DNA of 52,221 nucleotides from a virus (Duplodnaviria; Caudoviricetes): IMG/VR virus record IMGVR_UViG_3300032116_020335, positions 1 to 52,221 of that record; one strand, 5' to 3'. Shown piece by piece: positions 29,144 to 37,820 of this stretch (position 1 is its first letter; each line of letters starts with the position of its first letter). The notes under the pieces were generated by a model. It saw only the letters and a program-made list of their open reading frames with translations, ran no database searches and was not told where the DNA came from. The position numbers and the translations under genes were made by a program.

Positions 29144-29449
29144 ATGATGGATGAATTTAATTTATATAATGGTTTCATAGATGATAATACTTTCGCAACA
29201 TTACCATTTTTTAAAATTGACGAAAGTGATGAGGATATTTATATTGAATGGAATATAGGGAATAGACTAGATGTACTAGCCTATAAATATTATCAAAATG
29301 CTGCATTATGGAAATTCATTTTACTAGCAAATCCTCAATACCTATGTGAAGGTGATATAAATATTGGTGACATTCTAAGAATACCAATGCCAAAAGAAAA
29401 TATGTTTTCTATTATAAATAGAAGAGTTGATATATCAAAAAGATTTTAA
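29144..29449 (+). CDS. LysM / tail protein X / baseplate wedge-like protein
   Basis: RLDVLAYKYYQNAALWKFILLANP...IGDILRIP. Confidence 0.8.
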   Translation: MMDEFNLYNGFIDDNTFATLPFFKIDESDEDIYIEWNIGNRLDVLAYKYYQNAALWKFILLANPQYLCEGDINIGDILRIPMPKENMFSIINRRVDISKRF

Positions 29450-29640
29450 ACATATACTATAGAAGTATTGTTATCCATTTTTTCCTCAACAAATTTATAA
29501 AATTTATTATCCATAATAATATTACCCAATTCTTTGGGTATATATATTATTTTTATTTTACCATCAATAATTACCTTTGATTTCTTTTTTTCATCCAATG
29601 ATGAAAAGATTAACATCTCTTTGTGTTTAAGGTAAACCAT
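29446..29640 (-). CDS. Small hypothetical protein (64 aa)
   Basis: Overlaps the stop of the upstream KTSC gene and converges on the LysM gene. Confidence 0.5.
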   Translation of the reverse strand: MVYLKHKEMLIFSSLDEKKKSKVIIDGKIKIIYIPKELGNIIMDNKFYKFVEEKMDNNTSIVYV

Positions 29641-29887
29641 CTACCTCTAACTTAACCCCAAGATATCTGTTCTTGATAAATTCTATAAATGCTTTTCCTG
29701 TTGAGTCTGAATCTTGTAGTTTAAAGTAATCTTCAGGTTTAACATTATCATATTGATATGTCATATTACCTTTTACAAAAGTTACATATAAAGTATTATT
29801 GGTTGTATCATAAGTTGATGATACGATGTTTGATGAATCGTATGTTGCTTTAACGATTCCATCTTCTTGTTTTACATTTGTTGTCAT
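29627..29887 (-). CDS. KTSC domain protein
   Basis: SSNI.S..YD....TLYVTF....TYQY.NV....Y..L...DSTGKAF...IK. Confidence 0.85.
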   Translation of the reverse strand: MTTNVKQEDGIVKATYDSSNIVSSTYDTTNNTLYVTFVKGNMTYQYDNVKPEDYFKLQDSDSTGKAFIEFIKNRYLGVKLEVDGLP

Positions 29888-30990
29888 AAATTTAGTAATT
29901 CTTCGTGAAGTTCTGATATATTATCAAAAGTTTTATTGTTTTCTATATTAAATTTTATTTTTAATTCATCAATTAATGTTTCGCTTGGTTTTTTGATTTC
30001 CATTAAAACATCGGTCCTACCTTTTCTTTTAATTGCATCATCAATTTTATCAAGTTCATTAGTTGTTATGATAAATATAACATCATTTGGTGTATATATA
30101 CCATCTAATACGTTTAAAATACAAGAAAGTGAAATCTTAATATCAGATTCTTTCTTTTCTTCCTTTTTTCTATTAATATCATCCAATAAACAATCAATAT
30201 CTTCAAATAAAACTATTGATTTTTTTGGTCTATCTGAAATTAATGCAATAAGGTTTGCATCTGTCATATCTTTAGAAAGATTAATTGATAATATATCTCT
30301 TTTTGTATAATTAGATATACCTAATGACAATGATGATTTTCCTGTTCCTGGAGAACCATAGAAAAGATATGTTCTTTTATATCTGATACCATATTTATCA
30401 TATTTTTCTTTTGATAAATTAAATCTATCTAAATCATTTTTAAGAAATTCTGATACATTATTATCAAGATAAATATTATCAAAAGTCTTATTTATTACTC
30501 TACCTGCACATTTTATTTCACCATTAAAATTATAAAAGTATTTTATATATTTATTACCATATGTTACATCAACATAATCTAATAATTCTTTTAAAATAAT
30601 CTTATTTCTACAAAAAATCATAAACATATGTTTACTATTCTTATAGGGTGTCATGCTATTTTGTATATTTTCAGCATTCTTTAAAACTAAAAATCTATTA
30701 CCTTTAAATTTAAAATAAACAAATCCTGAATTATAAAACATATTTACATTATTATTATCTTCTCCTGCAATCCAACCATCAAAAAATGTTCTGTAATAAA
30801 GATTTTTAACTGAGTTTTGTTTTTCTGATAGAATAAAATTTTGAAATGAATAAAAGAAAAAAGAACTTTCTTCAATCTTCATTGAACAGATAATTCTATC
30901 TCTTAATGTTGTTAAGACAAAAAGAAAAAATTGTTTGAAGTAAACTAATGTACCTCCAAGAATGAGTGTTAATAATACAGTTTTATCCAT
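29884..30990 (-). CDS. BCS1-like AAA+ ATPase with an N-terminal hydrophobic anchor
   Basis: YKRTYLFYGSPGTGKSS (Walker A), SIVLFEDID (Walker B), ISLSCILNVLDG, FIITTN, IKRKGRTD; hydrophobic N-terminus. Confidence 0.8.
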   Translation of the reverse strand: MDKTVLLTLILGGTLVYFKQFFLFVLTTLRDRIICSMKIEESSFFFYSFQNFILSEKQNSVKNLYYRTFFDGWIAGEDNNNVNMFYNSGFVYFKFKGNRFLVLKNAENIQNSMTPYKNSKHMFMIFCRNKIILKELLDYVDVTYGNKYIKYFYNFNGEIKCAGRVINKTFDNIYLDNNVSEFLKNDLDRFNLSKEKYDKYGIRYKRTYLFYGSPGTGKSSLSLGISNYTKRDILSINLSKDMTDANLIALISDRPKKSIVLFEDIDCLLDDINRKKEEKKESDIKISLSCILNVLDGIYTPNDVIFIITTNELDKIDDAIKRKGRTDVLMEIKKPSETLIDELKIKFNIENNKTFDNISELHEELLNL

Positions 30991-31591
30991 TTATTTTAAA
31001 TAAGTAATCGTTATGTGTGCCATCCCAATGTGGGTTATCTTTATGATTAAAATTAGTTAAATTTTCGATTAATTTATAATTTTTTTCTCCCATAAAATCC
31101 ATAATTTTTTCTAAATCTTTTGTATAGATTTCTATAACAATCCATGTTGGACTACAATAATCAAAATCTAAACCATTTAATACTTCATATTCATGTCCTT
31201 CAACATCTAAAGAAAAAAAATCAACTTTATTAATATTATTACTTTTTAATATTGTTGTTAATGTTTTAGATAGAACTTTATAATTACTATTTCTTGTTAA
31301 TCTTTCACCGTTAATACTACTCATTAAACTACCATCAAAATCACCATCTATTTCTTTATTTTCATTTTCAAAAGATGATAATAAACAATTTTCAAAAATA
31401 TTTAAATTGCCCCTGTTTAATTTACATGCTTCAAAAGCATTAATGGATGGTTCTATCAAAATACCATTCCAATTTTTTTCATTCTCCAAGCGAAGGGTAT
31501 TGCTTTGTTTTACACCATCATTTGCACCGCATTCAATATAAAACCCATCATTAAAGTTTAATAATTGAAATATCTTATCATTAAGTTCCAT
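30983..31591 (-). CDS. FkbM-family methyltransferase
   Basis: GFYIECGANDG...SNT...WNGILIEP...DFFSLDVEGHE. Confidence 0.9.
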   Translation of the reverse strand: MELNDKIFQLLNFNDGFYIECGANDGVKQSNTLRLENEKNWNGILIEPSINAFEACKLNRGNLNIFENCLLSSFENENKEIDGDFDGSLMSSINGERLTRNSNYKVLSKTLTTILKSNNINKVDFFSLDVEGHEYEVLNGLDFDYCSPTWIVIEIYTKDLEKIMDFMGEKNYKLIENLTNFNHKDNPHWDGTHNDYLFKING

Positions 31592-31593
31592 AA

Positions 31594-32931
31594 TTAATTT
31601 AAAAATTCAGGTAAATATCCAAGTTTATTTATTATTTCTTCTTTGTTATATTTAATATTAATCTTTGTTTGAGGATGAACACATTTTCCAACTTGATTTT
31701 CCCCATAAATTTGGATAATTCCATTTTTGTCTACTAAATCAAGTTCATATCTTTCACCATGTGATTTAAAGTTATCTAGTACAATCTTTTTAACTTTCCA
31801 ATCATAAAATTGATTTTCTACATCCTTTTCAATTAATGATGTTATTTCATTATCAAGTGATAAAACATCTTTTATAAAGTCTTCTTGATGATTTTTAGCT
31901 TTCAAAAAGTTTATAAACTCTTGTCTTACACTATCATCATTGTTTAAATCAATAGTTTCATCAAATTCTTTAATCTTTAAAGATTTATTGAGAATCTTTG
32001 ATTTATCAAATTTAATGGTGGCGAATTCGCCATATTTAGATTCTAAATATTTCTTAATCTTTTGTTTATTTTCAACATTAAATGTTGAATATTGGTCCAT
32101 CCAATGGATTTTAAGATAATTATGTTTTCCAACATTTTTAAGTTCAATGTTTAGATTTTCATAATCATAATCTTCATTGATATAGATATTAAAGTATTTA
32201 TAATCTGAGATTATTTCTTTCTTTTCAAAAGTTTTTGCTTCAATATCCCATAAAAGATAACCATGAAAAGCATTATCACCTTCACCATAATTGGTACAAT
32301 ATAATGATGATGGGTAAGCAAAAAACTCTTTTCCATTTTTTTGATATGATTGTTGGAGATGTATATCTCCTGCCATTACAATATCACCTTTAAAATCAGC
32401 AAGAGAAACAAGATTACTATCGGTATGGAGTTGTCCATTTTGAAGGTAGCATCCATTAATTGGGTCATGGAAAAGGTCAATATAATGCTTATTATTATTG
32501 CGCTCTTCTTCATTGAATTCAAGCCAAGGGGATTTTCTATCAGGGTGATACCAAACAGCGAAAACAATATTATCAAGTTCAAAAAAACCTGTTGAATCAT
32601 AGTAGTGTATATTAGGATTGTTAATAATCTCAACAAGCATCTTAATTGATGACATTCTGTTAAGATTTGATTTCATTATATCGTGATTACCATCAATAAT
32701 AACCACAGGTGCTATCATAGCACAAGAGTTTAAGAAATCACCTGCAAGTACATTGATTTCATTAAATGGTTTTACATAATTATGAAAAAGGTCACCTGCA
32801 ATTACAATTAAATCAGGTCTGTCCTTAATTAAGGATTTAATTGTGAGACTTGAAATATGTTTTTGTTCTGATAGTCTATCCAAATTATTTTGAAAATGGA
32901 TATCAGCAAGGTGTGCAATTTTTTTAATCAT
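31594..32931 (-). CDS. sbcD: Mre11/SbcD (gp47-like) nuclease fused to the Rad50 N-terminus (up to the Walker A lysine) and a 29-aa split-intein N-fragment
   Basis: Metallophosphoesterase motifs ADIH, AGDLFH, GNHD, FHDP and AGDIH, then KVKKIVLDNFKSHG...GIIQIYGENQVGK (Rad50 N-terminus), then CVHPQTKINI... (intein block A) and a stop. Confidence 0.92.
   Translation of the reverse strand: MIKKIAHLADIHFQNNLDRLSEQKHISSLTIKSLIKDRPDLIVIAGDLFHNYVKPFNEINVLAGDFLNSCAMIAPVVIIDGNHDIMKSNLNRMSSIKMLVEIINNPNIHYYDSTGFFELDNIVFAVWYHPDRKSPWLEFNEEERNNNKHYIDLFHDPINGCYLQNGQLHTDSNLVSLADFKGDIVMAGDIHLQQSYQKNGKEFFAYPSSLYCTNYGEGDNAFHGYLLWDIEAKTFEKKEIISDYKYFNIYINEDYDYENLNIELKNVGKHNYLKIHWMDQYSTFNVENKQKIKKYLESKYGEFATIKFDKSKILNKSLKIKEFDETIDLNNDDSVRQEFINFLKAKNHQEDFIKDVLSLDNEITSLIEKDVENQFYDWKVKKIVLDNFKSHGERYELDLVDKNGIIQIYGENQVGKCVHPQTKINIKYNKEEIINKLGYLPEFLN
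31597..31683 (-). other. IntN of an atypically split intein (CVHPQTKINIKYNKEEIINKLGYLPEFLN, 29 aa)
   Basis: Cys1 (TGT at 31683-31681) directly follows the Walker A GK and matches the C....T.I block-A pattern. Confidence 0.88.
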
Positions 32932-33716
32932 ATTTTAGATAAAGAAACTGTAGTATTAAATTTAATAATATTTTCCAAATATTTTTCCTTGAATGTTTTA
33001 TTATATCTCTCACAAAATGAATCATTAAGCCAAGGCTTATGAAATAAATGAACACAAATTGTTTTATCGTTTATATTAGGATGACCAATAAATTTATCAT
33101 TTTGTATCGATATTGTATTTTTATTAAAATACAAATTTAAAATTGCTTGGTCTGTTCCTTCTTCAGATAAATGATTATTAATATGTTTGTATTTTTTAGT
33201 TAAAAAAATTATCTCAGATAATGTTTCTTTTTTAATAAGATTACTATTAAAATATAAAAAACCAGCATTAAAACCAAATTTATGTATATCATAAATATTT
33301 TCTAATTCTTTTAATTTTATTTCTCTATCGTATTTACTCATTCTTTGGCAAAAATATTCGCTAATAGCCCAAGGTTCAAGCAAAACTAATATGTCATTTT
33401 TTGAATCTTTTAAATCAATAGTAATTTTTTCTAAGTTATCAAAAATTATAATGTCTAAATCTAGATACATTACATAATCCCATTTTTTAAAAAAATAATC
33501 AAAAATATAAATTGTTGGCATAAATTTATTAGTTTCATTTATATGAAATAAATAAACACCTAATTTTTTAAAATCAATTAAATCAATTTCATCTATATTA
33601 TTAGCTATTAAACAAAAATCATAACACCATTTACCTTCTTGCTTGCAATTTATAATAATTGATTTAACATGTTCTAAATAATTTTTATCTGCTGCTAAAA
33701 CTATAACTTTTTTCAT
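32928..33716 (-). CDS. GT8-family glycosyltransferase
   Basis: YLDLDIII (DxD), FNAG, DQAILN and HLFHKPW. ATGA overlap with the Mre11-IntN gene. Confidence 0.8.
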   Translation of the reverse strand: MKKVIVLAADKNYLEHVKSIIINCKQEGKWCYDFCLIANNIDEIDLIDFKKLGVYLFHINETNKFMPTIYIFDYFFKKWDYVMYLDLDIIIFDNLEKITIDLKDSKNDILVLLEPWAISEYFCQRMSKYDREIKLKELENIYDIHKFGFNAGFLYFNSNLIKKETLSEIIFLTKKYKHINNHLSEEGTDQAILNLYFNKNTISIQNDKFIGHPNINDKTICVHLFHKPWLNDSFCERYNKTFKEKYLENIIKFNTTVSLSKI

Positions 33717-33718
33717 TT

Positions 33719-34471
33719 TTATGTAAAACTTTTTACTGTTAATTTATTTGTATCAAAATTATTCCAAATTTTATAATAATTTTCTATTGTAAAAAAAGAT
33801 GGATTAAAATTTGACCAATCATCAATTACAAATATAGGATAATTTTTATAAAAATCAATATTTATTGATTTTGTCACTATTGGTATGGTTTTTAAATATA
33901 AACCCTCCCAAGTCTTGTGGCAGTCAATTCCATTTCCATTTGGAGAAACAACAAAATAACTTTTAGATAGTTCTATTAAATAATCTTTAAATGGTAATTT
34001 ATTTTCCATTTTAAAGTCATGTTTATTTAATTCATTTATACAATAACTTCTTTCGTTTATGTTTGTGTTTATATCAAAATTTAAATATATTAGTTTTTCT
34101 TTTTTATTATTTTGTGATATTATTTCATTTAAAATATTTTCATCACCATGAGGCCATATTTCATTTGCTATTCCAATTGGTATTGATTTTAATTTAGGAT
34201 GAGATATGTTTATATTTTGTCCATACCATTCAATTAAATTTTTATCATTTAAATACTGAATATGTGATTCATTTATTGATAAATCACCATTATGTGTAAA
34301 TAAAATATATGGTATGTCTTTTTTAATTTGAAAAAAATGATGTATAAAATCAATTTTAACAAAAATTTTAATTATTTCATTTTCTTTTGGTTCTAAATTT
34401 TTAACAAATCCATGTTCATCATATGAATAATGGCAATTTTTTTTAAATTTATTTCCTGTTATGAAATTCAT
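33719..34471 (-). CDS. Exostosin/GT47-like glycosyltransferase
   Basis: SYFVVSPNGNGIDCHKTWEGLYLKTIPIV, THNGD and SIPIGIAN. Confidence 0.7.
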   Translation of the reverse strand: MNFITGNKFKKNCHYSYDEHGFVKNLEPKENEIIKIFVKIDFIHHFFQIKKDIPYILFTHNGDLSINESHIQYLNDKNLIEWYGQNINISHPKLKSIPIGIANEIWPHGDENILNEIISQNNKKEKLIYLNFDINTNINERSYCINELNKHDFKMENKLPFKDYLIELSKSYFVVSPNGNGIDCHKTWEGLYLKTIPIVTKSINIDFYKNYPIFVIDDWSNFNPSFFTIENYYKIWNNFDTNKLTVKSFT

Positions 34472-35196
34472 TAACTTAATAAATTTACTAACTTGTCTAC
34501 TTCTTCTTTATGTTGTTTATATGGTCTTAAAAGATGTGAGTCAATGTAATAGTCAAAATTTACCAAACTAGGATTGTAATTCCAATATAGTCTATCAATT
34601 CGGTGATTTGCAGGTCCATATGTCCAACCTCTTGAAAGCAAGACTATTTCTTCTTTATTATTGTATTGTTGAATTTTTTCAAATAAATATTTTTGGTCGG
34701 TTGACCAGCCTTGATTTCTATTGTTAAGTCTATTAACAAATTCACTCCATTCGCAATTTAAGTCTAATATTTCTATAAATTTTGAAGGATTTGCGATGTT
34801 ATAACACATAGGATATTCCTTATTATTTAAACATTCATAATTATCTGAACTCATTACATAGAGTTTATTATCATCAAAAAAATCTACTTGATTTATAAAA
34901 TATTTTCTAGATAATGGTATCATATCTATATCAGATATAACACAATTATCATCTAAAAATTTAGTTATATAAAATCTTACAATTTGTGATTGTAATCCTG
35001 TATCAATATTATCAATTGATTTGAATTTTTTTATTAACCCATATTCATCTTCAATAAAATCTGAATCTTCATCACAAATTAAAGCTAAAACAGGTGTTAT
35101 ATTAAATATTGTTTTCCATACTTTTGAAACAACAGGCCAAAAATCTATATATAATGGATTTAAGTTAGACCCGACAATTGCATACTTAATTTTCAT
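34471..35196 (-). CDS. Putative GT-A glycosyltransferase-like protein
   Basis: ISDIDMIPL (DxD), YPMCY, WSTDQ and YIDSHL; lies within the glycan island. Confidence 0.5.
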   Translation of the reverse strand: MKIKYAIVGSNLNPLYIDFWPVVSKVWKTIFNITPVLALICDEDSDFIEDEYGLIKKFKSIDNIDTGLQSQIVRFYITKFLDDNCVISDIDMIPLSRKYFINQVDFFDDNKLYVMSSDNYECLNNKEYPMCYNIANPSKFIEILDLNCEWSEFVNRLNNRNQGWSTDQKYLFEKIQQYNNKEEIVLLSRGWTYGPANHRIDRLYWNYNPSLVNFDYYIDSHLLRPYKQHKEEVDKLVNLLS

Positions 35197-35894
35197 ATTT
35201 TATTTTTTTTATTGTAAATTTCTATTATTGGTGTTCTTTGGTCACCTGCTGGTTCATCATCACCCTGAATTGCTTCACCTATAAAAGCAAAATTATTTGA
35301 TTTTCTATCATGATTTATTGGTTTAGCATATGATTCATGATTATAATACTCATCATGAACTAAGCAATTATTTATAGTATATGGATAAACGATATCTCTT
35401 AAAAAATGTTGGTCAATAGCTTTATCATGCGTTCTAAAATTTACTCTTAGATAATCATTAATAATGTCTCTAAAATTTAGTATTGTATTTCCTTTTGCAC
35501 CCCACATACCTGCATTCATAGCCCACCAATGTCCAATAGGATGGTCTCTAATAATATGGAAATTTTTTCCTGATTCTATCCATTCTGTTACTGCTATTAC
35601 ATCTCTTTCTGATATTCTAGAATCACAATCTCTACAGATATAATATTCAAGATTTTCTTCATTCATAGGTAGAAATCTCCACATTGAATTTATATATCCA
35701 TGATTGGTATCTTTTTTTATTAATTTTACATCAAGATTTATTAATTGTTCAATTATTTCTTGAGGAACTGTATCATTATAATAAACCCACATTTCCCAAT
35801 CAGGGAAGTGTATTTTTTTTAATTCAGCATTTCTAATGCAACCAATAGTATACATTGGATTTGAACCATATAAAGAAAAAGATATAACTTTCAT
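35193..35894 (-). CDS. Putative glycosyltransferase-like protein
   Basis: ISFSLYG, MWRFLP, ICRDCDSR (DxD), RDHP, AGMWG and DQHFL. Confidence 0.55.
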   Translation of the reverse strand: MKVISFSLYGSNPMYTIGCIRNAELKKIHFPDWEMWVYYNDTVPQEIIEQLINLDVKLIKKDTNHGYINSMWRFLPMNEENLEYYICRDCDSRISERDVIAVTEWIESGKNFHIIRDHPIGHWWAMNAGMWGAKGNTILNFRDIINDYLRVNFRTHDKAIDQHFLRDIVYPYTINNCLVHDEYYNHESYAKPINHDRKSNNFAFIGEAIQGDDEPAGDQRTPIIEIYNKKNKI

Positions 35895-35897
35895 AAA

Positions 35898-36242
35898 TTA
35901 ATTATTATAATGTTTAACCGAATCTTCAATTAATGTTTTATTTTCTCTTATTGATTTATCAATAAGTCTATTAATTGCTTCTACTAATTTCGGTCTTTTA
36001 TGTTTAAAACAAATATCTAATTTTCTTTTAACATCTGCTAAAACTTCATCATTATCTGTAGTTTTATATGAATCTTCTAAATACCACATTCTACAATGAA
36101 GAATACATAATTTTTCAATTATTTCACCAAAATTATCTGTTTCAATTAAATCAGATGGTACACCTGTATCTTTATTAATGTTTAGTAATTCTTTAATTTT
36201 AATGTTAATAAAATTATCAATTGTATTTCCTATATTATCCAT
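35898..36242 (-). CDS. Hypothetical helical protein (114 aa)
   Basis: In-operon ORF with GEIIEKLCILHCRMWYLED. Confidence 0.6.
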   Translation of the reverse strand: MDNIGNTIDNFINIKIKELLNINKDTGVPSDLIETDNFGEIIEKLCILHCRMWYLEDSYKTTDNDEVLADVKRKLDICFKHKRPKLVEAINRLIDKSIRENKTLIEDSVKHYNN

Positions 36243-36243
36243 A

Positions 36244-37038
36244 TTAATTTAAATTCTCTAAAACTTGATTAATGTTATTATAATTTATTATTTCAGCACC
36301 AATAAAATTGCTTGCATCACCATGATATAAAATATTATCATTCAAATTTGAACGACTGAAATCTAATATATGATGTTTTCCTTTATGACTTAATAGTGCA
36401 ATCATTGAACCACCACTTAAAGGTCCAATAAAACCAATACATTTATCTGATGATAAATATGTATTTGCTTGTGATAATGTTAATTCATTTTTACCATACT
36501 TTTCACCAATTGAATTTGCATTTTTACCATAAATAAAAAAGTCATAACCCATATTTATAATTTTTTCAATTATTGCAAAATAATCATCAATTGAAACATT
36601 TCTATTACCACCCCAGGGTCTTTCTCTATAATGAATTATAAAAAAATTATTTTCTGCATTGGGTATGATTTCTTTTTCTGTATCTAATATCTTTTCAATA
36701 AGATTTTTATCTAACATATCAACACTATTATCATTATTTATGATAAAATTATAATCACTTGGATAAGTAATAATTTCCATATCTGAATGATTCATATTTA
36801 TAAAATCTTCATATGCAATAACATTTTTAAAAATGCTTTCATAAAAAAACATTCTATCTCTTAATGTAACAATTGTTGTATCTTCATTAGAAATTTCATT
36901 GCTCAAAAGTTTTTTTATAATAATAATTCTACTAGTACCAATTTCCCAACCTAATTCCCAATATTTTTCCAAAAGATTACTATCGCTATTTCTAGTAGCT
37001 GTAAAATTTTCTGATTTTCCTAAAATATAATATTTCAT
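36244..37038 (-). CDS. Hypothetical protein, possibly a GT-B fold (GT9-like C-terminal domain)
   Basis: FIIHYR.R...RN...FIGPLSGGSMIA; lies within the glycan island. Confidence 0.45.
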   Translation of the reverse strand: MKYYILGKSENFTATRNSDSNLLEKYWELGWEIGTSRIIIIKKLLSNEISNEDTTIVTLRDRMFFYESIFKNVIAYEDFINMNHSDMEIITYPSDYNFIINNDNSVDMLDKNLIEKILDTEKEIIPNAENNFFIIHYRERPWGGNRNVSIDDYFAIIEKIINMGYDFFIYGKNANSIGEKYGKNELTLSQANTYLSSDKCIGFIGPLSGGSMIALLSHKGKHHILDFSRSNLNDNILYHGDASNFIGAEIINYNNINQVLENLN

Positions 37039-37040
37039 AT

Positions 37041-37820
37041 TTATTTAAATAAAAAATTATAATTTTCAAAAAAATAATTTTCTGGCATTGTTAATTTTAG
37101 TGCTAAATTATAATTTTCTTCAATATTATAATTTGATACACCATTATTAATAATTTCTTCTAGTTCATTAATATTAGAAAATATTGGTATGTTTTTAAAA
37201 TAATTATTAATATTTTTAGTACCCCAATATAATGGTATTGTTCCTGTCAAAATTGTATCAATTAATTTTTCAGTAAAATAATCATCTTGAATTGAGTTTT
37301 CAATAACTATAGAATATTTGTAATCTTTAAGACCTTCTATTTTATTATCAATTTGTTTATAACCAAAACCAAAAACATCTATTTTATTAGTAAAATGATT
37401 AATTACCTCATGTCTAAGTTTATGACCTTCTGTTTGTCTTTTTCCAGATGCAATAATTGAACAAAATTTTGTTTTATCGTGTATTTTTTTATCTTCATCT
37501 TTTAACCAACAACCACAATGAGGATAAAATAAAAATTTATCTGATAAATTTAATAATTCTTTATCGTATGTCAATATATAATCAAATAAATTATAATTAT
37601 TTTTTATAAATTCATATGTTTGACTATTAATTGCTCTAGGTTCAATTAACCATGCAACTTTTATTTCATCATTTGATTGATAAACATTTGATAAACATGT
37701 ATCCGTAAAAAAACACACATTTGATGGTTCATTTTTTCTTACCCATTTAAAATATTGACATTTTTGTAATGTAGAGTAATCTGTATGTGCAAATGCAAAA
37801 TCTTTGATTTTTATTTCCAT
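37041..37820 (-). CDS. GT10 (alpha-1,3-fucosyltransferase-like) glycosyltransferase
   Basis: YKYSIVIENSIQDDYFTEKLIDTILTGTIPLYWG matches the GT10 signature. Confidence 0.8.
   Translation of the reverse strand: MEIKIKDFAFAHTDYSTLQKCQYFKWVRKNEPSNVCFFTDTCLSNVYQSNDEIKVAWLIEPRAINSQTYEFIKNNYNLFDYILTYDKELLNLSDKFLFYPHCGCWLKDEDKKIHDKTKFCSIIASGKRQTEGHKLRHEVINHFTNKIDVFGFGYKQIDNKIEGLKDYKYSIVIENSIQDDYFTEKLIDTILTGTIPLYWGTKNINNYFKNIPIFSNINELEEIINNGVSNYNIEENYNLALKLTMPENYFFENYNFLFK

Noticed and set aside
26390-29449. Plus-strand four-gene block as an invertible segment or mobile element
   Set aside because: I found no flanking inverted repeats, recombinase or transposase. An old inversion remains possible but is unsupported.
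23269-32931. sbcC as a pseudogene, frameshifted gene or intron-split gene
   Set aside because: Both halves are intact ORFs with complementary intein motifs exactly at the break. The 5.75-kb gap contains genes on both strands, which does not fit an intron or a frameshift.
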